This document shows positions 1 to 11,881 of a stretch of DNA of 64,000 nt, one piece after another. Made by a program: the position numbers and the translations under genes. The first letter of the stretch is position 1; each line of letters opens with the position of its first letter. The DNA is from Phoronis australis. Lineage: Eukaryota > Animalia > Phoronida. Where the stretch lies: positions 564,985 to 628,984 of the forward strand of contig NMRA01000008.1 in the NCBI GenBank assembly GCA_002633005.1, read 5' to 3'. The notes under the pieces were generated by a model that saw only the letters and a program-made list of their open reading frames with translations, searched no databases and had not been told where the DNA came from.

Positions 1-117
1 ACTGACATGTCACTAAATACACGACTGTGACTACTTGCAAGTAATTGTTAACTTTTTGTTCACATCTTAAGATTAAAAAAATTGTTATCTATCAATCTAT
101 AACTATTTGCAACCTAC

Positions 118-265
118 CCTGACAGTGACAACCAGCTGTGTTTGTGACTTGAGAAACTCCACGGCGTTACTGTGAGTGATGTTCTCAAACGTTTGACTGT
201 TTACGTGGACCAGTTGGTCCCCCTCCACAATACCTTTCTGTTCGGCCAAACCCCCTCTGTCTACC
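118..265 (-). CDS. PDZD7: PDZD7-like exon, second half of PDZ2 (not in ORF track)
   Basis: Acceptor ttaccag, [50 protein letters not shown], donor AGG|GTAGGT. Confidence 0.85.
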
Positions 266-3200
266 CTGGTAAATGTAAAAAGATTATATTCATGTTAGCC
301 AGTCCTCCACTACTGCGCCTGACAACAGTTTCAGCGTTCAGATATTTTGCCTGCTGCATACACAGTTACTGTCTACACAACTTTGAAGGTGAGAATGATT
401 TGGCAGCAGTCTGTCCTCCGGACAAAATCTTTTGAACACACAAGGCTATCTGCTTTATTGTTGCACTGTGAACGACCGTCAAAGATACAGAGAGCTCGAA
501 CGAATCGTGTTGAAGATGATTAATTGTGAACACTTGTTGTGTGTTCAACAAGTTTTGTCAAGTACTTTTAAATGTATAGACGTGTAAGCATATAAATCAT
601 GTACTGGGGTCAACAGCGCATCCCATAAGTCCCTGCTCTTACTGTCACTTCAGTACACTAGTATCAGAGAAGCTGCAGACGTCAGACAAACTAAGCTGAA
701 AACAATGATGGATTGTAATGGCAGTTGCCACAGCTGAAGTTGTTGGCAGTTCATGATGTCAGGTCAGGTGATTTAAGGATGCTTAACCTTGATTCGTTTC
801 CTTTAAGCCTTATAAGGTAAAGATCAGTCAAAACTCTCGTAGAGATTAGCGACGGGGGAGAGAGGGCGAGAGAGGGGGAGNAGGGAGGGATGGAGAGATG
901 GGAAGGGCGAGATGGAGAGATGGGAACGGAGGGATGGAGAGATGGGAAGGGCGAGATGGAGAGATGGGAAGGGACAGATGCAGAGAGAGAGATGATGGTT
1001 AAAACTGCCTACGCTTGCAACAATTCAAAATGTAACAGTATACTTTTACAAGATTACACAACAAAAATTAAACTGACAAAAAGTTAACCAAAAGATTAAA
1101 AACGACTGAAATCCCAATACACTGCATGAACAGTAAATTATAATACGAAACTTCACCAAATTGTCAAAATGGGCAATAAACTGAAAGTCCTACCTGGATA
1201 CAAATATCCCTAGACCATATTCACTGCCGCCTCGTATGTTGAAACCGAGGTACTGTTCACGTTTGGTCACTGTCAAGTTAACTCGGCGCTCAGAGTACAG
1301 GTGTTTCTGTGTGCTCTGGTCAAAGTTATCATTAACGATCTTCCTCATATGGGTGTCAAACCTTCAACCAAGATCATTAATTTTGTTTACAACACACACA
1401 TAAACAATTAAACTTTGGATTGTCACAAGTTGTGTCTCACCAATAAGAGATGAGACTAAGTAACCCCTCTGTTTCCGATATGTTATGTCATCTGTCTGAC
1501 ACATTATAATGTTTTTCTTATACTTCATCATCCTCTGATAAACTTATAAAATTCCAGACCTTAATACAAGGCAATTAAAATGCGCAACAAACGCTACATT
1601 TAACAACCTTAAAAAATAAACGGAAATCATGCAGCTGCAATTTTTCAATAGGAAAAAGGATTCCTCATTCCACATAACTATGCCATGGATTGTGTGAAGT
1701 TTGCAGACTACTTCTGTTCCACCATTCCCAGACAGAAACTTGATTTATTCTAATTGGAAATTGGCGCTTTGAAATATGGCCGCTTATCCCAATAACAGCT
1801 GGGTGCAATACAGGCCAAAAGTATTCAGACAAAATGACCTGTACTTCCTTGCCACGGCAGCTAAGTGGAAGTTGAATACATCATCACAATGGCCTTTCCT
1901 CAAGACTGAGAATGAAAAAGAATTCTCAGAAGTTACTAAGGTGACTGATTAAAATATTTCGGGCATACTGGTCACAACCAGTCGTTTTAGCTGTTCAGAG
2001 AATTAGCCGAAATGATGGAAAACGATATATTACTTTAGTCTTGTTAGTACTGAGTTTTCAAAATGCTACCCTACACAAAAAGGTAAACAGTTTACTATAA
2101 TAACAGGTTATCAGGCTTTACTAATGCAATTTACAAATGCTCTAGTATGTGACCTCAACACGATGTTAATTTGTGGAAGCAGAGAAACGACAATTTCATG
2201 CAGAGGCCATCTTTTAGAAGCACCCAGTAGAACGTAATGTCTAAAACAGCCATTGACACGTCTCAAATCACCAACTACATCAACAAGAATTTATTGTGAG
2301 CTTTCATTCATCATTTCATCATTCCTTTGAACTGAGAAAAGAACATTCAGTGCTTAGCATGTTTAAAATAATTTGTAACTAAGTAACCAAACAACACAGA
2401 AACAAAGCTTTACTTAGTTTGACATATTGCCAGTCACCATTAACATGTCATATACACCGTTGGCATAGAAACAAATTGTCGCTGGCCACAACATACTTAT
2501 TTTAAGTCTCTCAAACCAAGCGTGCATTCAGTAACGCTAGGACCTACCCTAGGACTTAGCTAAAATCTAGTCAAAGTCACGTGTTCTCACTAAAAATACA
2601 CGGCAATCTCTCCCGTAATCTCGCGAGGTCTTTCTTTTTGCGAGGTCCTAGCATTACTGAACGGGAGGCAGTTTTCTCAAAGTTACAACCACAAATAACA
2701 GATTGTTTTTGAGAAATCACATTGTTAAGATTTTTCCATAGTGAACCTTTGGACGGTAGATACAGGATGTTTGGAAGGGGGTGGACAGTACACAGCTGCC
2801 TTTGTATGACATTTTCTAGAATCATGCTTAGTGAATGTCCCCAATCTGGAGACCCTGAAGATCCCGTCCAATGGTCTAATCTTTGTACTCAAAATCAAAC
2901 TTATTTTTAAAATTTTGCATTTTACATTAAAGTAAAGACAAGATAATCGTCTATAATACCATGCTCGAGTACACTACAGTTTACATTGACGGTTGTCTAA
3001 TCGTTGCTTGCACTTGACTTTGGTATTAATGTTTTACCTTCGAGTCTTAAATTGAAATTTTGAATTTTTACTCGAATTTGAGTTCTTAGTAGTATGTAGG
3101 TTGAATCCAGGGGTCATCAAGTGCAAATTTGGGCCAGAAACTCGTAAACATGTACTATAACATACTTAAGCACAAAAATAGCCACTTGGCTTTGTATTCA

Positions 3201-6200
3201 AGTAAAAAGTAAAATGCTAAAAATAATTTTGAGTTTGATTTCGAGGGAAAAGATTATATCCCGAGCCAGACCATTTAGTGACATCGATTACGAACAGCGG
3301 TCCTCACCAACCTTTATCTTGTTCATAGCGCTTTCACCCATTTGCAATAAATGAAACCCACATTTTAGTGTAGTTTGGATGAAATTTAGTGCAATAAAAA
3401 TAAACCAACAGGAAGTTAAGCTGTATTTTAGCACACAACCCCTCCACTTTCCATTCTGCTAGGAAAGGAGTTTCTAGACGGTGAATGACCACCACTAAGC
3501 CTGCGCTTCAAGCACATAAAAATTTAATACAATATCAAATACTACTGAGAAGCAACACTGCTACAGGTCTCTCTGTCGACATGAGCTCAGCAAAGAAACA
3601 TATGTGTCAATACAGCTGTGAAAGTCATTTCCACTATTTAATCAATAAACTATGTGCTTATTTTGCTTAAAGCTGCACTTCACTGTTGTCTATGTTGAAT
3701 TCTTAACTGAAATGCATTGGGATTTAAGAATATTACCACGCTAATGTGATATTGAACTGTGGCTGAATGAGACAGCAACTCAAGTCACTGGCAATGTGGA
3801 CATGTGGCATTTTCTAATTCGCAATTTTAGAATTGGTCAACCTCAATAGATTCTGAAGCATTTTTTTGAGTCACAGATAGCTGTGGTGTTCTTGTCATTA
3901 ACAGAAATAGAACCTAATCAATCTTACTGGTTGTTAGATGTCAGTGCAGCAATGCAGCGTGCGTATGACGCACTAGATTGCCACACGATGGCGCTACCTG
4001 GTATGCTACGTACCAGGAAGTCTTCTCTTTAGCAAACTTCATCCCAGGCACTCTGCCTGTCCGCCTAATGACCATCTTCATCTTGTTGCTTCCAGTCAAC
4101 ACCTTGACAGCACTACTGGACGCCATGTTGTCAAAACTGACATTGTTCACCTCCACAATGTTGTCACCCACCTCTAAGCCTGATGTCTCTGGAAATGGGG
4201 AAATGAAAACATGATGCTGGAGTCATTAAAGAGGCATGAAACGCAAAAACTCGTGACAAATACCTTTTAAGAAGTTCATGGCAAAAGAAAAAGTTAATTC
4301 CTTGATATCGACAGATATTCAAAATTTTTACGCACCAACTGTAAAAATACCCAGTGAACAGTTTTATTTCTGTTTCAGTGGCAGAGAACCACTTTGAATA
4401 GTCTGTTTTTCATGCTCTATGCCACTCTAACACATCTATAAAACTTTGCAGTTGAGTCGGAAGATACAAGTATTTAATGACAGCAAAACCTATAGCTAAA
4501 CAGATCAACCAGCTGAACTCCCAAACATGCCAAACAAAGTGCATGACCCCCAAAGCACAGTTCACTGACTCGTCAGCTTCCCAAGAGTATCCTTCCAACT
4601 ATTTTTGCCCTTTCCAGGTTTCCAGGTTTTCCAAGATGAGCAGGAATCACATGACTACATAAAAATGCATTCGCACAGGTAAACCAGATTTTACTTGAGT
4701 CCCACCAGCCAATCCACATCCAACACCGGGACAAACGCATTCACACGCTCACCTGCTACAGAGCCTGGGTCCACCTCACTAACATAGATGCCCAATCCGT
4801 GCTCGGACCCGCCACGTATACTAAAGCCTAGGGAGCCATCCTGCGCCTTGGTAACAGTGACCACGTGAAAGCTACCACCCTCATTGCCGTTTACACGCGC
4901 CTGCTGGGTGTGGCTTCGATGGTGACCTATGGGAGAGCAGACATTTTCACTGGATGCATTACACAGCCGCCTGAGCGATGAAATTGGTACCAATTCTGAG
5001 GATGGTAAGTGGTAAAAATCCCAGGGGTACTAAACTAAATTTTTGACAATGGGGTGTAACTGGAAAATTTGGATAACCACCCATTCGGTGAGTGGGCTTC
5101 AAAAAGAGGACCATTTGTAGCGAGCTTCCATGAAAAGTCTCTCTTTCATAAGATTTTTTTTCTAGAATCACCTTTTGCAGGGGTTAATGCCATAAACATA
5201 ACCCTTTTATATGGAGAATCTTGGCAGCTGAAATTCTATCTCAGTAAGCCAGAAACAGCACATGAAGACTGACATATTGTCAAAGATAAATATCATTTAC
5301 AACAACAGTTTTTGATATACAAAAAATATTGAAAATCCATCTGCAGTTTTGTGAAGTTTGAGAAAAACAAACCCTTGGAGCCTGTTTCAAGAAAGTGACT
5401 TAAGATGATCCCAATTCACAATTGCTGAAAAAGGTTTAGCTGAGTAATTTTAAACACATCACAGTCTAGAAATCATTTATAGAAATTATCTTCGTAACTG
5501 AGAGTTATGTGTTTTTTCTCAGACACTTTGCCCTTTTGATTATTAGTGAAATTTCATTGCTTTTCAGAAATAGTTGTGTGGAGCATAAATCAAATTTTAA
5601 TCTTAAGTCTTAAGTCATGAAACAGACTCCTGACGAAGTGTTGAGCTCCAAAGTAGAAACCCTTTTTTACGACATTATCAGAAAAAGCAACCTTCCCTGA
5701 GGAATTTTGTCAGAAAAGGCCACCTTTCATAGTGAAACTGTCAACCTTCTAAGTGGCACTTTGGGTACACAGTACCTTTGAGGTCAATTGATTTTACACA
5801 CAGAGGGTAGTAGCTACTAAAATGCTAAGACCCTTTCATACTAACGTCGATGCGTTAATGTTTTGGGGAATTGCGGTCAGCATGAACGGTTAACTTTGGT
5901 CCTGGATAGAAGTTAAAAGCGTCAGTTAGTTAAGTTCGCCACAATAAACAGTAGGATTTAACAGAGGAGCATCGAAGGTGCAGTGCAGTATGAATGGTCA
6001 AGTCCAGTCTCCTCAAAGTTATCGCCAGGGGCCACTACTATTGTCAACAATTAAAGGGCAGTACTGTCGCTAATAATTGCTTATATTTTGGTTGAATAAT
6101 CGCCAATCCAACTAGAAATAACTTTAATGTCNGGAGATTTCGAAATCAACGCCGATAACCCCAATACTGAACACGGCGACAGTCGTGCTCTCGGTCACAC

Positions 6201-9200
6201 GGCCACTGATCATAGCTACGCTGTGTTTACAAACGAGAGAGAGGACTTGCTTGGTATTATAAAGCAAAAAATGAAACATGGTTTTTAGTTTGCAAATTAC
6301 TCCAAATGCACACACTATCCAGCCTGCTCAAGACATGCCTGACCACAAGCTATCCCATGAGCCTTCGCGAAGGAAGTAACTCGCACATGCGCAATGCGTA
6401 GTTCGTCTGCGCTGCAAATCCGCTATTAAAGGGCAGTACTGTCGCTAATAATTGCTTATATTTTGGTTGAATAATCGCCAATCCAACTAGAAATAACTTT
6501 AATGTCACTTAGCACACATAAATGTTCTCAAATTGTCACATTTAAAAAAAATCTTAGCTTACACGGGATGCATCAGCGCTACCTTACAATTACTTCGATG
6601 ACGACAGTGTCACCTACCATTTACTTCGAGATTTCCAGACCCCATAGTGTCAGCAGAAAGTTTAAAACTACAGGTAGAGGCCAACTCATAATTATAAATT
6701 AATCACTATATCACAGTTGAATGCAAGCATAACTGTACCTAAGAATTTGTTGGTATTGTAAAAACATCTCCATACAACCTGTCAATGGAAGACAAACACG
6801 CTATGGGAAATATGGTGACACAACAAACAGGAGTCAATAGCCAGTCTTTCATAATCTAACAATATTGTTTTTACTAGCACACTACGTGCCTATAGATAGT
6901 AGACGTAAAAAAGCTTAAGGGCTGATCATGAATTTTATAATTAGATTGGAATCATAAAATAAGCTATCAGTCTCATGATAAGGCATGGGCCATAAATTTG
7001 GTTATTGGAAAACAGACCACAAGCACTCAAGAGTAGGGCCATAACTCAGAAAAACCCAATGAAAGCTATCAACAAGTATTGGGTATACATACATCACGTT
7101 ATCTTATCAGAAAGAGTGGAGCAAACAACAACAAGTAATGATGGGAATGAGATCAATACGAGGCGAATACCGATAAATTATTGATGAAGGGGTGTCTTGT
7201 GAAGCCCAGCAACCATCAGATTAAAGTTGCCGAGATTTTGGATACTGATCTGCCTTGTGGTATTATTTCATCTGCTTTCATAATCTTGAGGGATTGGCTA
7301 AGCAGTTTTAAAACTGGCATACGGTAACATCTCAAAACTTTTGGACAAAAAATTGATCTCTTATCAACTTTTCGAATGCCCACTGCATCTTAAAACAGCA
7401 TTTAATGGTACTAGTAGTAACAGTACTGAACTGTAATGTTAAAGTATTTGGCTAATGCTACTTCTATTTTAGGTAAAAAATAAAGAAATAAAACATTGCT
7501 CGTTAGCTTTATTGTGCTCTAAAATTTTGAGATTTTACCATATCTGTACACTGTTTCATCTTAAAATTTTCTGGACAATCCAAACACACAGTAAACTTCT
7601 ATAGTTTTGATCCAGTGAGCATAACACTTGACACTGAGCTTGCATTAGCATCAAGGAACAGTGAAAAATGAGTAACCGGTCTAGTAGGGATTGGACATTA
7701 AAATGTACTGGTTTCAGACATTACAACGCATGGTCCAAATTCTACCATTAGTTTGCTTAGGGGCACGAAAACAAACCGTATTCTTAAAAGTGGAGTGACC
7801 TTTAATCAGATTAAACACGCAATGCTTAAGTTTCAACCTTGGTGTTTTAATCCACAAAGAAAACGTGTATTAACTATTCCCATATTATGGTCACTACGAT
7901 ACAGCTGGCTTAAAAAAATATGTCAAAAAGATAACCCAGTGCGTCAAGTTGATGTTTGAATACAGAGTAAAAATTCTCCAGTCTGGTACAGAGAAAAATT
8001 TATTATTTTGGTCAAGGTCAGAACTCCTACAAAAATTTAGAAATAGGCAATATTGGCAATCCCAAATTCAAGAATCACAAGAGATGAACTTCGCATTGGC
8101 AGCAACTATTTTTCAATGATTTTACCTCAAACTTTGTTGATACTTCGGCGTCCACTATTTGAGAAACATGATAAACGCCAACATTATCCATGTCCCAATG
8201 TTCAAAATCAAGAAAATACAATATTGGCTTGAATTTCAATGTCCTAAAGCTTAGAGACTGTCCAACGCTGTAGAATTTTATCGAATACAGTAAAATTTCT
8301 CTAGTTAGGGACAGCGAAAAATAAATTTTAAGGCCTGAGCTTGTACCACATTTTAGAAGTAGGCAATACCGATTATTGCAAATTCAAGAGCTACAATCAA
8401 CCACAAACGATCAGTATGACAACTCATGAGGACACTGTGTCGGCAGCTATTTTCAAAGATTTTCTGAACTGCAAAGTCTGATCCAAAAAAGAGATGTCTG
8501 ATATTTAAGAAATATGTCTAAAGCCAAAATCAGCAAAGTTCCAATCTTCAGAATCAAGAAAATTCAATTTTGCATTGAATTTCGCTATCCCAAATCTTAC
8601 TAGTAGACAGTTCCAAACTCGTACTGTAATCTGTTTCATAGATACAAAAGTTAGCTGATGCTGCCATTACAAACCTAAACAGTAACTTTGTAATTGCTTT
8701 AATTATCTAGGCCTACATTAAAGCCTCGTTTTAAAATGACATGCCAAATTCTCCCAACATATTAACTAACTTGATGTACATAAAAGCCAAGAAGAAAATA
8801 TTTACCATTACCACAGGATAATTTCTATAAACAACACAGTTTCAGTTTTTCAAAGCTGTCAGATGACAATACCTTTTGTACACTACAAAACCACAGCAAT
8901 TATGTTCAGCTTTATACTCATTTCATAGTCGAGGAAATTCAACACAATACCCAGAGGTCCACTTGTGTGTCACACTTTGGGTTAAATTGATACTATACTG
9001 TAGTCACTTCCTGAACTATCAATTTGTTCATGTTCTAACCACTCACCATTCATAGCAGTGGCCGGTCGTGGTCGTGGGGTATGCAGCGCCACCTTAGGTC
9101 TGTTCTTCACCTGATTTGGCACCGTGAACGGGTGCGCCATCTTGTGGTACGGAGCAATGGCATCAAAACGAGTTACATGATTGGCTGGCAGGAGGTGACG

Positions 9201-9395
9201 GATGTCACGTAACAAGTCCAGTTTCTGTGGCGAGTCCAAGGCCGACTTCAAACACTGGACGAGTTTGTCGACCTTTTTATATGTCTGATACTCCTTGAGT
9301 ACCTGGTAGAGATAATCACGGTCAGGATCTGTCAACAGATCCTGAGCCCTCTGGTGGAAGTGCTGAAGGTACTGTTTGCGTTGGTAGTCAGCCAT
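118..9395 (-). CDS. PDZD7: PDZD7/whirlin-family PDZ scaffold, 3'-partial; exons join(9047..9395,4753..4926,4014..4188,1194..1361,118..265), continues beyond window start
   Basis: Five exons join in frame through GT-AG introns (phases 1,1,2,2,0). PDZ1 GSLGFSIRGGSEHGLGIYVS...GRVPGMKFAKEKTSW and PDZ2 [28 protein letters not shown] resemble vertebrate PDZD7 more than whirlin. The first exon encodes a helical harmonin-N-like domain. Confidence 0.8.
855..993. repeat. Purine-rich low-complexity repeat (GGAGAGATGGGAAG-like units)
   Basis: Visible GA-rich tandem units with an N at 881. Confidence 0.85.
1194..1361 (-). CDS. PDZD7: PDZD7-like exon, linker and first half of PDZ2 (not in ORF track)
   Basis: Hand translation gives WFDTHMRKIVND...[32 protein letters not shown]. 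Donor AG|GTAGGA. Confidence 0.85.
2870..3268. mobile_element. Degenerate MITE, same family as 24402..24803
   Basis: Shares TCTAATCTTTGTACTC at the left end and TTTCGAG...AAAGATT at the right end; internal inverted symmetry. Confidence 0.65.
4014..4188 (-). CDS. PDZD7: PDZD7-like exon, second half of PDZ1
   Basis: Acceptor tttccag, ETSGLEVGDNIVEVN...AVKVLTGSNKMKMVIRRTGRVPG, donor TG|GTACGT. Confidence 0.88.
4753..4926 (-). CDS. PDZD7: PDZD7-like exon, first half of PDZ1
   Basis: Acceptor cccatag, GLGF-like loop SLGFSIRGGSEHGLGIYVSEV, donor G|GTGAGC. Confidence 0.88.
5378..5629. mobile_element. MITE (Harbinger-like)
   Basis: TIR GAGCCTGTTTCA...TGAAACAGACTC, flanks TTG/CTG, GACTTAAG subterminal motif. 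Confidence 0.5.
7958..8620. repeat. Diverged direct repeat, about 325 bp x2
   Basis: GAATACAG..AAAATT, TAGGCAATA, CAAATTCAAGA, AATCAAGAAAAT and TTGAATTTC recur in the same order about 325 bp apart. Confidence 0.6.
9047..9395 (-). CDS. PDZD7: PDZD7-like coding exon 1 (harmonin-homology/HN-like domain)
   Basis: ATG at 9395 in AAAATGG context. Encodes MADYQRKQYLQHFHQRAQDLLT...LDSPQKLDLLRDIRHLLP. Donor G|GTGAGT at 9047. Confidence 0.8.
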
Positions 9396-11280
9396 TTTGA
9401 ATATCTGGAGATAAGACTACATCACAAGTTCGTAGCGGCAGACATCCTACATGGCACTCTACAAAAACAGCAAAACTAACATGAGAAATAATAAAAATAA
9501 TAAAACTCGCTTGAAAAATACTGACGATGTGGATGGCAGCTCACCATGTGACCATTGCTTTGGACGTAAAAATCAATTGACCAGTAGATACACATGAAGT
9601 ATTATAAAATTCAACCACCTGCAGTAACACTGAGACTTCAGCCCACAAGGCCGTCTCAGTTCCCCCACAATGTAATTTGATTTAGCTTACACTACGGCTG
9701 ACATGAGAATTTTTTTTGGTCAAATTTCTCAAAAATAAAAATGAGAAGAAACAATTCCGTGACTGTGTGATCTGTATAGTTTCGACATCATTACACAAAA
9801 TTGTCTGAATATCGTCGATGTCATCAGATTTTAAAAATCGCAAATTTCTGCAATTAATAGCGAATTGAAGAAAGATGTTTGAAAGTATCCACGGACTAAA
9901 ATGTTATATTTCACTACTGACTTTTGCAGATTTTGAATTTAAGAAAAATAATGGTGCACAATCCCAAAACGTAATCTCATCGAAAGGAACACAAAACATA
10001 TAAACTTGATTATTCCCCATTGCGTCCTCTAACTGTGCATTAGCAACTAAGTAGACAGGATCAATACACTTGACTGTTCACTTGATCAGCTGAACATTCA
10101 TTATCTATTGGGTTATTGATCAGGAACTAGGATAAAATTGATACATTGCGAACGGCAAGGAAAGCGCACACTTGTGTAGTTTCACTGCTGGTTTACAACA
10201 CAAACGTTTTTGCGCTTTCCAATTTGTACTTTACAGATTACATGCGCGTAACACATTTGTTTTTAATATGAACTGGGAATTAAAAAACAGTTTCACAGCA
10301 TATTCACAAATGGGTTTTCCTCGTGTGAAAATGTGCAGAGCAACTCTCTCATATTCTCGTTCAACTCATAATACTAGTCAGTGAAACTTGGGTGTCAATG
10401 CTCAGCTGATCAAGAGCCTTAGGAGTTCAGACACAGACACTATCCAGAGGATTCACCAATCTACAAGTACACCTGGTAGGGGGAAGGGAGCACTCCACAC
10501 GAAGAAGCCTATGGATGGCCACTGTCTGTACTGTGCCTATTCAGTAGGCAACACGCAGCCCCTCAGCTGGCCATACAGACACTACAGTCCTCCCCTTCAG
10601 TTTCTATACTAATCTCGTCCTGTTTACTTTAAACGGGCGATAGCCAAAAATGATCACCAAATAAGTGATTTTCACCTCATCGAAAATACTTTTACATTTA
10701 AAATTGTCTCTTAATAAAGTGCTTACTTTCTTCTACAAGGTCTTTCAACTTCTATACATATCCTCGATGAAGTATACGTCTACCTGAATTAAGATGCCTT
10801 TAGCAAAGAATTTCAACTCCACTTTTTCGGTTGCCGTTAACTTTTTTCATTGTGCGCAATAGCCACAAAGAATTTTAATTGACGTCACAGCTTAGCAAAG
10901 CCCATAGGAAGATATCCACAAGTGGAATTTGTAAGATTTGTGTCCTTTGGACTTTTTGTTTGTCAACAGCCGTGATTTCAAAATATTAAACTACCTCAAA
11001 ATTGCGACTACCGAGGGAAGCTCGAGTGAAACTCCACAGAATTATGCGGATTTGTTCAAATGATGTTCACAAAATTGTATACCGCTATGTTAATTATAAC
11101 CCACTGCATAAATATGCACGTTTCATTTGATTTTATTTAACAGTTGTATCTCTAAATGAGTAAAACTTTTATGTAGTTAGGCCATCGACCCTGTATGCCA
11201 GTCACTATAAATACTTATTTACAGACAAGTTATACACGTCTACTGTATGCCTGTGGTATTTCAGCAGGGCAATGTGCCTA

Positions 11281-11881
11281 TAGACAGTGACCACCGTCTC
11301 TAGCGGGCTCAATAGAGACAGTGTAGCTCCTATAGGCGCTTCATATGACGGAAGTTTTTTGGCAAACTATAAATCTCACCGACTAAAACATCAAAGTCAC
11401 GTTGTTTTAAATACCTTATGCACATAGAGGGACACCTTAGGAAGCCGTCAATTCTTTAATTACTTCTAACTCGAACTAATACTCCCGTTACCAAACTTTT
11501 TCTTCGAGCAGTCTTTCGTGCAGTTCTCGAAATCGGTAACTGCCCATTTTTAACACTGTGCACGGCAGGTGGCATGACATCATATACCCTGATTTGTGCA
11601 GTGCAAAAATGGCCAGTTACTGATTTTGTGAACTGCATGAAGCCATGAAGGACTGATTGAAAAAAAAGTTTGATAACAGGAGTATTTGTTCGAGTTGGAA
11701 GGTATAAAGACATCAACGGCCTCCTAAGGCTAAGGTGTCCTTCTGACTCTGTGTGCATGACGTGACTTTGTTGTTTTAGTCAGTGTGAAGCATAATTCGC
11801 AGAAAAGCTTCCAGTATATGAAGCACCAGTAGGAGCTACACCGTATCTATTGAGCCAGCCAGAGACGCTGGTCACTGTCTA
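11281..11881. mobile_element. MITE with about 170 bp imperfect TIRs and TA ends
   Basis: TAGACAGTGACCA...GTAGCTCCTA...GCTTCATAT...GACTAAAACA..AAAGTCACGT is mirrored at about 11720..11881, ending TGGTCACTGTCTA. Confidence 0.85.

Noticed and set aside
890-1087. Repetitive ORF MERWEGRDGEM...
   Set aside because: Translation of a GA-rich simple repeat, antisense within an intron.
10720-10790. Candidate donor sites for a non-coding first exon of the PDZD7-like gene
   Set aside because: Several GT donors are plausible and cannot be chosen without transcript data.
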